From positions 28,334,001-28,398,000 of the forward strand of contig OZ281495.1 in assembly GCA_965637545.1 (NCBI GenBank): a DNA stretch of 64,000 nt, given 5' to 3'. A model generated the notes under the pieces. That model was not told where the DNA came from. It made no database searches and saw only the letters and a list, made by a program, of their open reading frames with translations. The stretch comes from Phallusia mammillata. Lineage: Eukaryota. The position numbers were made by a program, and so were the translations under genes. Of the stretch, positions 37,022-56,568 are shown piece by piece (positions within the stretch are counted from its first letter, which is position 1; the number at the start of each line of letters is the position of its first letter).

Positions 37022-39373
37022 TCATTTTCGTAATGCTACCATTCTGTTTGCATCCCACAAAAGATTGAGCGATTTACCTTGTAACACAGATAAGTTTGAT
37101 AAAGCATAAACACTGGATTGTGCACATCTTGGTACAGCACAGGATTTTCGTATTTCTTTTACAGTTTCCACTGCCCAGCACGCATTCCACTTTGAACCCA
37201 TTTTTTCACTGTAAGCTTGTAAAGGTGAGGCAGCAACGACTTCATATCGACCTGTTTGTAACCTCCAACATAGAAAACACTGAAATTGCTGCAAGGCATT
37301 AGCCTTAGAACCAAAATTGCTGTGGTGCCGAAAATGCATCTCCCGTAGTTTGGTTTTTGACTTTTGAGGTGAAACATTCAGAAGAGCTACAATAAGCAGA
37401 ATAACAGATCTGGTGCTTGGGCAGACATCAATAATTTGAACGTCATAATCAATAAGATATCCAAACTTGTAAGTGGTATAACATCTTGTTCGAAGAACAT
37501 CAAAAATAACATGTTCAACATCTAGCACTAGGTTCTGACTAAACGCAACAGATTTTTTTGAAGACTCATCTTTAACTGGATTGAGGATCATACCATTACC
37601 ACCTTGGATTGTAACAGGGCCACAAAAGAGACTGTTTTCTGCAAAAGGTACTGGCTCCTCAGCTGTTCCCATTGTAGGCCCATATAGAGTTTCTAAAAAT
37701 GACACAATTCCATCTGTGCTTCGACACACAGGTCTAAGGTTTCCATGTGATGAAACATCACCATTACAATAAACACTACCAGTGCCACTGCTTTCACTTG
37801 CATTTGGACTGGGAGATGTAACACTCTCCATAGAAACTTCCATTTGACTACGAAAACTTGACAATTTCAAGACTTTTGAGGTACTTCGATTAGGTGGGGT
37901 AATGTTGGTAAGTGAAAAAGAATCTGTCCTTTTCCTTTTTCCAGTTAGTTCATGGTTCTCTGGGATGTTTCGTCCACAATAAACACAGTTATTTTGTTCT
38001 GCTTTATAAGATGCACATGCATTTTCATGTGCACTACAGTTTGCATTGGTTGCCAAACCACAACAACAATTTTCATTTTTAAATTGTGTTCCTGACAGTT
38101 GATTCACATTATTTGACCTTTGTGATACAAGCACAATACTTTTTGGTTCTGGATCAAAGTATGGGTCAACTGTATCATCGGCAACAGTAGTTCCATTACT
38201 AGCTATCATAATATTGCAGCATTGTTTACATCTTGCGTTGGAGGAATTATTTTCACTCAGAACTATGCGCTGTGATGTGGGTAAGGAATCATCAGAGGTA
38301 AATGAAAACAGTGAGCCTTGCGTTGGGGATCGAATAGGTTCATCAACCTGAGAATTTGAGGGACTGAACAAGTCTGTCTCCATCTGAATTGAACTAGAAA
38401 AATCAGATGTGTATGGTGTACTGCTGCCTGAGAAATCTGCATTATGCACACTGCCATTATCAGAACCTCTTTGAACACCAGAAGAAACTAAATTGAGGTG
38501 TCGGGTAAGAAGTAGGTCAAATGTCCTGTCACTATTGGCCATTGGTTTGATTTCTTCATTATTACATGGAACTGGGATATCCTCAAATGTTGCTCGCTTT
38601 ATGGAACTTAAAGGAAGAGATGTAGTATTTCCATTTGTCGGCAGAATACCAAGACTAAACACCCCAATTGAGTGGCCCATGTTTAACACCAGTAGGTCAT
38701 CGATTTTTAGGCCACATGCATTCAATACAGTAGAGTTAGAAGATACAGATGTATGCTTCATGTGTGCAACAAAACCATGACTTAAACAGTTACTTGTTGA
38801 AAGATCATCAGTTTCTTCACAGAGTTCATCTGTGTGTTGATTCCCAAATCCACAGTCTTCACAAGGTGAAAAAGCAGGCACAGCTGCAACAGTGATGTAA
38901 CATATGTTAGTCTGTTTTCCATAACCAGTGACAACAATTTTTGACCTGTCTTTTGGCCACTCAGCATATGTTATACATAAACGGCCACTTATTTCCTCAT
39001 TGGCAAAAAGTCTTACTGTCCGAACTTTAACCATCTTTTTGTCCTGTCGAAATAACCACCAATGGAGTCTGTAAACCAAAGTGATAAACCCAGTGTGATC
39101 TGATGGCTCATATATTTCTGTGTATGATATCACAAAGGTTCCATTTTTGCTAAATCCAAGAAAAACATGGGCCTGGTCCATCAAAATACTCTCACTCACA
39201 ATATCTTTAAGACAAAATGCCAATCTTGATGGTAGGCGACTAAATGTTGGTCCAACAGCAAGTTGACTTCGCTTTATGGGATATTTTGAAAAGTTTGCAT
39301 ATATTTCCCTTCTTCTTAACATACATGTAATAGTTGTTGCCCCTTTGTTTTTAGTAGTGCTTTTTAAACTCAT
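37022..39373 (-). CDS. DCAF15: DDB1- and CUL4-associated factor 15 (single-exon ORF, 783 aa)
   Basis: Recognised from recalled human DCAF15: HVFLGFSKNGTFVISY (human HIFLGFSKCGRYVLSY), YRLHWW, VRLFANEEI, EWPKDRSK, the CEDC...CLSHGF zinc site, and C-terminal QNLVLDVEHVI...DYDVQIIDVCP. The exact start codon is uncertain. Confidence 0.93.
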   Translation of the reverse strand: MSLKSTTKNKGATTITCMLRRREIYANFSKYPIKRSQLAVGPTFSRLPSRLAFCLKDIVSESILMDQAHVFLGFSKNGTFVISYTEIYEPSDHTGFITLVYRLHWWLFRQDKKMVKVRTVRLFANEEISGRLCITYAEWPKDRSKIVVTGYGKQTNICYITVAAVPAFSPCEDCGFGNQHTDELCEETDDLSTSNCLSHGFVAHMKHTSVSSNSTVLNACGLKIDDLLVLNMGHSIGVFSLGILPTNGNTTSLPLSSIKRATFEDIPVPCNNEEIKPMANSDRTFDLLLTRHLNLVSSGVQRGSDNGSVHNADFSGSSTPYTSDFSSSIQMETDLFSPSNSQVDEPIRSPTQGSLFSFTSDDSLPTSQRIVLSENNSSNARCKQCCNIMIASNGTTVADDTVDPYFDPEPKSIVLVSQRSNNVNQLSGTQFKNENCCCGLATNANCSAHENACASYKAEQNNCVYCGRNIPENHELTGKRKRTDSFSLTNITPPNRSTSKVLKLSSFRSQMEVSMESVTSPSPNASESSGTGSVYCNGDVSSHGNLRPVCRSTDGIVSFLETLYGPTMGTAEEPVPFAENSLFCGPVTIQGGNGMILNPVKDESSKKSVAFSQNLVLDVEHVIFDVLRTRCYTTYKFGYLIDYDVQIIDVCPSTRSVILLIVALLNVSPQKSKTKLREMHFRHHSNFGSKANALQQFQCFLCWRLQTGRYEVVAASPLQAYSEKMGSKWNACWAVETVKEIRKSCAVPRCAQSSVYALSNLSVLQGKSLNLLWDANRMVALRK

Positions 39374-40967
39374 GTTTCATAAATGTTACTTCATCCAAAG
39401 AGATAACAAAGCTTTGTATGAGTTCTTTGCTTCATCTGAAAAAGAAACAGTAAAACATTGCACCTGACTGGATTGGAAATTTTTGAATCATTTTGCAGCT
39501 AATTTACAAAAAACTTCTTAAAAATATAGTTCTTACAAAAATGCATTGCTGACGACTGACAATGCCAGACAATGATCGATTGTAGCAAATTGATAACACA
39601 TCGCAAATCGGCTGGGTATAAAAATCGGAAAACCATTCGGTTTTGCTGCATTTTTGCTAAATTTTCCGCACGCTCTCTGCAATACATTTTCTATTTCCTT
39701 TTTCGTTTAAAAATCTCGTTGCAACAGCTAAGCGAATAGAAGCAAACCCGTAAAGTTAAAAAATATTTCAATGTTTGTTTATCACGTGGTTTCTTTACAA
39801 TTGGTTGCACATCGCTGCGTTAACTGATGATGCATGACGACGGCTAAAGTTTTTATGCACAGCCTCCTGTTAAAATAAATCAACTCAAAACAATGACAAA
39901 TTTTTAACCCGATCCCGTTTTTTACTTTGGATTTTCTGTCATTCGTTTTCAATATATCCTGTCACTTGAATTATTTCGAATCCAAATAAATGAACTAATC
40001 AAAAACAACACAGCAAGTTATTTTATTTTATCCAAAAGGAATAAATAAAGTTGTAATCACAATGCAAGAAATCTACACATTTTCACAAACACGCACAGGC
40101 AGTGTTCAGGCATCAAGTTCTAATTGGACAAAGTTTTTTTTCATTATAAGCCAAGCCCTTTAGTGAGTTGGTTTTGAGCTACATCAACAAGTCAAAAGCA
40201 AATCAAAAATTAATTGGCAAAAAGTAACAAAGAAAAAGAATCTAATGCACGGCACAAAACAGCAAATGTTAGCAAACAAAAAGTTTTGTAACAGTGACAT
40301 TCCTGTTTTTGTTAGCATAAATTTAGACCTAGTATTGTTTAAGAGAGAGGTAACTAATACAACATAAAACATTTAATTTGTAAGTGCATGGCTGCAGAGA
40401 CAAAAAGACAATAGGACAACAACAATTAACAAAAATCCATTTAATTATATTTATCTTTTTTTACAGCACCTTTTGACAATGGATGGAAATTACAAAGTTT
40501 AAATTGAGAATTAGAAAGCCGTATTGAGTTGTATGGAAAATTTACTAAAACTACTGTAAAATTCACTTGTAGCAGCCATGCACAATATTTGCTCTCTACA
40601 TTGTTACAGCAATAGACAAACAACACACCAAAACACAAGAAATCCACAAAGAAAACGTATACAGTGCTCACTGAACGGTAGATATGAACAAAAAATGAGG
40701 AAACAGAAGGTAACGAAAGAGCTTCGCAAAACTAAATTTCATTTAGACGAACTAAAAAACTGAAAAGGAAATATGGGTAGATGCACGATACACAACCCAC
40801 AATTACGATTTTATGATGCACACAGGCCGTACAGATTTGTCAACATTGCATAGAACTAAAAAATGAATTTTGTAATGACATATGTCCTACGGAATTACTT
40901 GGACTTTTAAAATTGTCAATAATTAGAAATATTCAGGTAAACTCCACATTTGCTATTTGCTAAACCT

Positions 40968-42202
40968 TCAAGAAAGGCCTAAAGATTGATGCGCTGGTAA
41001 TTGACGTTTTTTATTCTTTTTCGAATGGCTATGTTTAACCCCTTTTTTAGATTTCTTTATAATTCCACCAGTGGGCGGTACAGCAGTTTGTGTAATTCTG
41101 GCTCCTTCAGGCTCAGAAAGAGTTGCGCTGATGTGTTGTTGCCACAGAGACATGGTCTGGTGGATGTTTTCGTTTTGAGCAATGTTGCTTTCCAGTTGGT
41201 GTCGCGTACCAGCAGGTAGTATATTAACATTGTCATTAAGATCATGCACATCACCAGACAATAGTTTTGGTGAATTACCAGATGTCTTTGAACGGCCTAT
41301 GATTGCCTTAGATGTCCGTGGTGAACCATTGCTACGCTCAGCTTTTCTCTTCTTTGTTTTTCGTGTAGAAGAACTTTCACAAGCTACAAACCAATCAGCA
41401 TCGTTTGAATCATCTGGATCTTCTTCAGGACCCAAAACATCACTAACAGTTGAAAATTTTCTAAAAAATACATATCAAATTTATCATCTCACCTACTTTC
41501 CCATTTAAGAAGAAAGTTTCACATACAAACATACACTGCAACACACATTTGGAAAATACTATTGGCACTTACCCACTGTTGGCTATCCTTTGTGAAGCAA
41601 TTCTACTAGAATTTCTACCCATTCCCATACATTTCTCTAAATGCGGCGCAAACCGACTTGCTGCCATATTACGTTTACAGTTTGGGCAAAGACATTCAAC
41701 CTGAATACACAGATTATTGTTAAACATTTCACTACGGATTTCAAACATAAAAATTTAGTTAAAACACATTTATTAAAAAAAAAATTGGGAATCATGCAAA
41801 TTAACTTACATTTTTCTTTGACCCACAAAGAGGTTGTCCAAAAATATCTAGGCCTTTTTCAGTAACTATTTTGTATTTTTCTTCATCATCCGATTGATTT
41901 TCATCCAGAAATAAAGTTCCTCTTGTCAACGATCTGTGTGCCTAAAAGCAAATTTTCATTGCTGAGATCCTACAATTTTCATACAACCTTCACTCTAATT
42001 AATGTGTACCCAAATGGCAAAGCGAAAATAAGAACGCTGATGAAATTCTTATAATTAATGAAACCAACTTTGTGTGTATCTTGCATGCAATTAAAACTAC
42101 AGCTAATCAATGCAAAAAATCTACCTCATAAGCAATTCCTAGTACAGCCTCTTCTATCATTTCATTAAGAAAGTGATCAGCATACATTTGCAAATCTGCC
42201 AT
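40968..42202 (-). CDS. ATXN7L3: SAGA-associated factor 11 / ataxin-7-like 3 (276 aa)
   Basis: Exons 42202-42125 ([26 protein letters not shown]), 41941-41810 (AHRSLTRG...GLDIFGQ), 41700-41573 ([35 protein letters not shown], the diagnostic Sgf11 zinc finger) and 41460-40968. Phases are consistent, with an in-frame stop upstream of the ATG. Confidence 0.95.
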
Positions 42203-43328
42203 TGTGCATTGTTATTTGATAGGCGCAGTAGCACCTTAAAAACACGAAGTTATAAAAATTAGCAAAACAGGGAGCAATTAAACCTCAAAGTTGGAAAAAC
42301 GTTTATGTTCGGTTATAAAAAAACAGGTTGCTTGACAAGTTGCGACCAGAAAAAAAATGTGTGCTCGTTTAACAAAATGTATACATGCCGATTCGGCAAT
42401 TGCAAACATTTCCTATTAAAAACTGGAAGTTTGCAATGCAATAAGTAAACCATTTTGTCAACAAAACCACACCTTTTCCTAAATATGCAAGAGATTTTTA
42501 TTAAGCCTCAACAAATTCAGTAATATTCATTTGCGCAAAGCCGCACAAGCAATCACAACTGTGAACCCATTTGACCTCATGTGTATTTGTCTGCTTTGGC
42601 ACGAGGCGTCGCCAAATCCAACGCGAATTATAAAAAACAAACAAGAACAGGTTTCCTTTGACGGCCTCGCTACAGCGACTGCCATAATGAGGTCACAATC
42701 AATCGATACGCTTCGTTGCTCCAAGCTCTTTGTGACGAAGACTGTTTTGCAATCGCTGTTTTGTTGACATTTGATGCTGACGGCCGGCTGCGCTGTTACT
42801 GGTTGTTGAAGGGCGAGGCACGTTTGGTTCTTTGTTACCGTTTTTCGTCGTCGTTGGCGTTTTTACACCAAGAAAAGCAGTGGGAGAGTATGTTGTTTTA
42901 CCACTCGTGTGTGTTTGCGTATAAGAACGCTTTGTATAGCATGGAAGAAAAGTTCAAGACAAACAGACAGATCGAACAACACACAACTAAAGTGTACTGG
43001 TTTTTAGCAAGAGTTTTCGTTTTGTTATTTTGTCGTTGCTTGCAGATCATTTTAGAGCCATGCAACCTTTTTTGCTGCAAGAATCCAATTGCAATTAGAC
43101 TAATGAGCAGCATTGTCGAAAATAGGCTCTTGTTAGTAATATATCGAACTTGCTGGGATTGTACAAACAGTATGTAGTAAAACATGAGCCACTGTTTTAC
43201 ATTCATACCTTTTGTATTATTATATTGTCACAAGTGGTAAAATTTGTTGATTATAACCTGTTTAAATACACAAAATAGTTTAATCATGAAACCATGTGAT
43301 ACTTACTATTTTAGGTGCAGTTAGAAAC
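42203..43328. promoter_or_regulatory. Putative bidirectional promoter/5'UTR region between head-to-head ATXN7L3 and basigin
   Basis: Divergent start codons ~1.1 kb apart; locally more CpG-containing sequence at ~42520-42860. Positional inference only. Confidence 0.45.
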
Positions 43329-45130
43329 ATGTCATCTTTAACAGTTTTATTGGCTGGCCTTTTAGTTGGCATAGCTTCATCTGAAAGTGTGCTACTTTCT
43401 TCAAAAACAAGTGCAAAAGATCCGGTGCCCATATCCTGTTCTTTGGACAAAGTTACAACTGGAAATATTGTATCATGGAACTATACAAGTCCTTCAGGAA
43501 TGTCTTCAGTTGTTGGAGTTGGTGCTATGATTTTCAATTTAACAAGTACTGCAGAAGCTGGGGAATACATGTGCATTGCCAACAATACTGTTGTTAATAA
43601 AGTGTCGGTTATGTACCTTGCCAAACCTATCATACAGGTCAGAGCTGTGTTCTTTATTGCAAACATGACTTAATGCAGGGCTGTGGTGTTATTTGCGAAA
43701 TTTGTTTTAAATGACTGTATTATAGAATTTTGTTATCATCGTTTTACATGATATAAATTGACCTTTTATGTGATAATCTCATCCATTGGTAATAACCTTA
43801 CTATTTCTTATGGTTGTAAAAAAACAGGTCTTCATAATTGCAATGCACAACTTGCTGTCCTAAAAAAACCTTCTGTTGTTTAAAAAATGGTTGCATGTAT
43901 GAAAATAGTGATGCTTAGCAATGCTTTCCACCTACTTAGTTTTTTTCAATTCCTGACACTGTGTAGCAGTAATATTCTGTTCAATTTTAAGCCTGAGAAA
44001 TGTGGAACACCCTTTCTGTAAATAAAACTTGGTAATCTTTTGTAGAACACACGGAAGTCTGTTACTTTCAATGATGGAGACCATGACCGAAAGTTAACTT
44101 GTGTTAGCGATGGGTCATACCCAACTGTGACATTTCAATGGAGCCGCAGAGAAGAGGGGGAAAATCAAGTAGCAGTGATAATCTCACCACAATCTGATCC
44201 CAACATTAATATCACAACCACTGGCAACAAGTTGGTGTTTTAATGACTGAAATGTATTTAATAATGCATGGCCTACTCAAAGGGAAAACGAACCCTTTGC
44301 AGTTAGAACTGTTTTCTTGTGTATCTCATGGTTTTAAAGTACTTGTATGTTTTACTACTCAAATTTATGATGACATAAGGTGTGTTGAAACATTTATACA
44401 CATTAATTTACAGTATCAAGTAAGCAATTAATATGTTTTTTAGTTCTACAATTCTCTTTCGCAATCTTACCTACAGTATGCAAGCAAATTATATATGTGA
44501 AGTAAACAATGTCGCTGGAAATGCTACAGTTGAGGTAAGAAATAAATCCAATCTGTGCTTATATTAATGTTTAACATTTTGTACCATACAATACACATGG
44601 GGGTTCAGAGCAACAGGCACATCCAAATGTCCAAGTTTTATAGCCTTTTTAAGGTTGAAATGTGACCTGTACATAGTTTGTGGGCTTTGACATGCCCCAC
44701 TGAAAGAGATGATTGATCTAATAGCTTTTGCCCTTTTAGGTTTTGATTCGTGTGAAAGACAGACTTGCTGCACTTTGGCCATTCCTTGGTATTGTTGCTG
44801 AAGTTGTAATTTTGATCACAATTATATTCATGTATGAAAAACACAGCAAAAAGGTATGTGAAGATTTAATAAAGCAGATTTTAGATTTTAATGTCATGGC
44901 AAAACATAGTTTACCGACTCGGACATTTCAACACTTAAACAATTTTTTACGTTTTGAAGTATAGTTAAAATAAATATTAATCATTGGAAATAAAAATAAC
45001 TCATTTGTGTTTAAAGACTGTTGTGGAAGAAGTTGATGCAAAAGATGAGGAAGAAAAACCTTTGCAAAAAGAAGAGGAGGAAAATGGCACAGACATAAGG
45101 AACAGAGTCCCCAACAACAATTACAAATAA
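43329..45130 (+). CDS. BSG: Basigin/neuroplastin family two-Ig type I membrane protein (270 aa)
   Basis: Exons 43329-43637, 44046-44230, 44444-44534, 44740-44853, 45017-45130. Signal peptide, two Ig domains (C...W...YxC), [28 protein letters not shown] nearly identical to vertebrate BSG/NPTN including the intramembrane Glu, and an acidic tail ending IRNR. May be co-orthologous to BSG, NPTN and EMB. Confidence 0.9.
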
Positions 45131-46950
45131 GCAACTGATTTTTAAACATAGGTGTATAAGTTTTGCTATTGTTGTAAATTGTGCGTCATCCAAAGCCAGC
45201 CACAGCCCAGAGACTTGAGATTTATAGTACCATTTTTTCATGTTGTTGTGAATAAATCTTTTTGTTGTCCTGAGGCAATAATTCTTTTTTTGTCACTGCA
45301 AAATATCATGGCACATCTTTGTTTAAAGTGGTTTTATTAGCTTATGGCTTTGCTTACCTTGTAGCATTTTAATTGTGATTTGTGTTGTTTACTAATGTGT
45401 GGATGTCTTGACAACCTTATCTGTTTAGTTAAGTTGCAAAAAAATTGTCTCACAATAAAATTGAATGTTATTGTGCTTTATTCGATTTGTTTACTCACCT
45501 CTTTCAACCAAATATTGATGAAAAAGATGAAAAAACTATGCTTACTGCATGTTTAGCATTTTTAACGTTTTCACAAGCCATAATAATGACTTCAACATTT
45601 GTGAAAATGTTTTTTTTTTAATTGTGTAGGATATGCAATGAACTTGTTCTGCAAAATGTAACACGGTTGGATTCTAAATTTCGTGTTTTTATTGCACGTT
45701 AGGCGCCACTTTGCTTTTCGTTTGTTCTTTGCGAAAGAAAGGTTAAAATGCCCTTGATGTTTTGCTTTGCTTGAACAGCAAAACGACAACCATTTCACAG
45801 CTGTCATGCAAGGCCAGATGCTAAACATTTTTTATCTCGTTAAGCCTTCGGGTGTTCGTTACCAGTTAAGTGAACTACCTTTTCCCCAAGTCAGGCTACT
45901 GAGTTGCATGACTTTCAGCTTATTATTAAAACCTCGTTTATGATGCAACCCTTAAGGTTTGTTGTTGTTATGAAATAACACTTATTGTATCTTCACCCTG
46001 TTTCGTAAACATACGTGCATCATGTCGATGTTGTGCTGTCGTGTGCTACAATGCTGTGCTCTTTCATCTTGTTTTCTGCCCTTTATATTGCTTAAAAAAG
46101 CTTATTATGAATCTACCGGTTTGAGATTCTTTTTTGGTTGCTTGTGTATTGCTGTTCAATTGAGAATAAATCATGGTACAATAAAATTATACATCAGCGT
46201 GTTTTACAGAGTCATGACTTTTTTGAGGTATAGAACATTTGGAGGAGATTCTGTGCGAAAGGTCATTACGCTGCGCAGTAGTAGTGCCAGTTATGTGGCA
46301 CGGTATCTGGTTACAAATAATGTTGCTGCTTTCGAACACCGAGACTGGTTAGGGAGATAACGTTTGTGAAACCAAGTTGCATCGTAAGTCTTAAACTTAC
46401 TACCCTACTTAGGGAAAGAGGGTGGTGTTCTAAAATCTAAAGGAAAACCTATTGAATAGCTTTCAGCGCCGGAAGAAATTGCGCTGCACAAACATAATGC
46501 CTATGTTGCAATGTATTTACTGTGCACATAAAGCTCTAAGTGTTGTTCACGACCAAGCAACTTTCAGGTCTGATGCTTGTGGGGACATTTTCATTTTTGA
46601 TAGTGGTTTACAACTATCTATGATTTTTTTTCTCTATTTGCTGGAGTTAAAAATACAGCTCTTTCGTACACGAACTGTAGACTGACTAAACTCTAAATAT
46701 AAAGTGATGTTTATGTCTTGTAATTCAACTCGAGCAGTTCAAAACACAATAGCAACGTCAGTAAAGCGACACATCTTACTTTGAAGGCGACATGGTTTGC
46801 TTTCAAATCGATTTGCATTTCACAGCATAAACAACAGTGTAGCAGCGCGTTCAACCATTATCCACTAAATGTGCCTTTTATTTTTTCGCGCTGCGTAACG
46901 TTTTAACGCAGCTATTTGTTGATTGTTTTATTGGTATGATGCTGCTATGT

Positions 46951-47313
46951 CAGTGGTTCTCAATCAGGACCCAATGCCACCCAGGGTGACCACGAGCTGT
47001 ATTGCGGAGTGCCACGGATGTAGGTCCATTATAAACATTTACCCAAAGTCACTGAACCATTTTCTTTTATAATGCTCAGAGTTAAGTGTGTGCTACAAAC
47101 GATTTAATTTCCTAATTGAATCGACTATTACCACACTATTTGTGGGTGAGGTCTAGTTTTTGTAAAAAAACATTACAATTTAGTTGAGTTTGCTTCATGC
47201 ATGTTTTGCTAGAGTCCATGCATAGGGGGTCTTCCGGGGTTACTTACAGGGGGCCACGAGACCCGAAAGTTAGTTCTAGAGGGCCACGGTGCATGAAAGG
47301 TTGAGAAACACTG
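46951..47313. mobile_element. hAT MITE, 363 bp
   Basis: TIR CAGTGGTTCTCAATC / GGTTGAGAAACACTG; TSD TGCTATGT / CGCTATGT (7 of 8); inserted in the repeat whose empty copy is at ~35430. Confidence 0.88.
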
Positions 47314-47681
47314 CGCTATGTTCACCAAGCGAAATAAACTCATTTCTCATCTCTCTTAACTTGTTGATCTCCACCAAATTACGACCAGTTATATTACTAA
47401 ATTCCTTTCTTTACTTTCAGACAAAGACCATGTTTATTTTGACAATGTATTCACAGGAAATCAAGGTTATTTTTGCAAGGTGAGGTTACACACGCAACAA
47501 CATTAGGAAACAGATAGAGCAAATCTTTTTATATTTTTACTCTACCGGCAATTCTTACACTAACTCTGCTAACAAAACATGCTTTATCACAAACGTAAAC
47601 TGCTGCATTGTATGATGGAGTTCGTACCGCCCACTGAAAATTGCAATACCTCCAACATGGCGACACAAGTTATGAAGGCCT

Positions 47682-52498
<4,817 letters not shown>

Positions 52499-52504
52499 TA
52501 TTAT

Positions 52505-55459
<2,955 letters not shown>

Positions 55460-56568
55460 AGTCAAACCTTGATTTTTGCCCTCCTACTTGTGTCAAAACT
55501 ATACTCAAATGCTGCTCATCAATTCCTTTGAAATTTAAGCAAATTTAATTCCGGTTTGATAAATAACAGACCTCATCTCTAATGAATTAAGTTTAACGCA
55601 CCGGTTTAGCTGATTTGGTTTGGCCTAGCACTTATATTCAAAGCTGCAGATAAGACCATGTATAGCTTCAATGATTTCAAAATCTGAAATTTACCGTGTT
55701 TTACCCGTTCAATGCTCTGTAAACAGACATTGTCAATACAGTTGTGTGTCTTTCTGCCTTTGCTTAACGATGACTGTTCCTAATCAATGTTTGCACTGAT
55801 AACAATTTTAAGCCTAAACAATCAAAAATACACTTGCTGGAAATGAATTTGCTAATTTTTATTTGCTTGGTCATGCGGCTTGGGTGGCAGAAAAGTTGCA
55901 TTGAATTACTGCACACACAAAACATCCCGCTAAATAAAACGATTAAATCAATACGTTCAAATAAGTAAGTTAATACTTCATTATCCTTTTTCGACACGTC
56001 CCATGCGCAGTTGTGCCACAATCATTTTCAGACCCACTTATGCGTTGTTTTTACTCGGAAATTAGTTTTGTCTATGCAACATGTTGGTATTGTTAAAGAA
56101 AGAAAGCTGAAAGATCTGAGTACAAAAATAATGCGGTTTGGTGGGAATCTTGTGGTTTGTAACCGTCAGCTTCCGCGTAAGGTAAGGCTGTGTGTACTTT
56201 CATCAATATTCAGAATGCAAACGGCGTTTAAGAAGACGTTATGCTATAGTTTGGACTTCGCGGTTATTGTATGTAATTACGAAACTGAGGAAGTTAGATT
56301 TATTTTTTACTTTTTTTACATTATAAATTGTTAAGTCCGCTTTAAGTATTAAAATTTCTTATGTCTTTTTTCCTTCGCGTCTAATTGCTTTTTGGCACAC
56401 CTAAAAATTGTTGCATTTGATTCGCTCTTTCATTTAATCTTGATGATTTACTTTCTTAGGTTTTTGCATCTGTTTACAGATTCTTGTGTCTCTGATGCAA
56501 ATATTTTTTTTTATGCTTGCCAAGGTTATCCGCAGAACAGAAAAACAATACAATGCAGAAGCTACATG

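Noticed and set aside
39499-39687. 62-aa ORF upstream of DCAF15 as an extra first exon
   Set aside because: No clear DCAF15 similarity or convincing in-frame splice; the main ORF already contains the RRRE N-terminal match.
42716-43177. 153-aa plus-strand ORF before basigin
   Set aside because: Non-ATG start, no domain, and lies in the probable 5'UTR/intron region.
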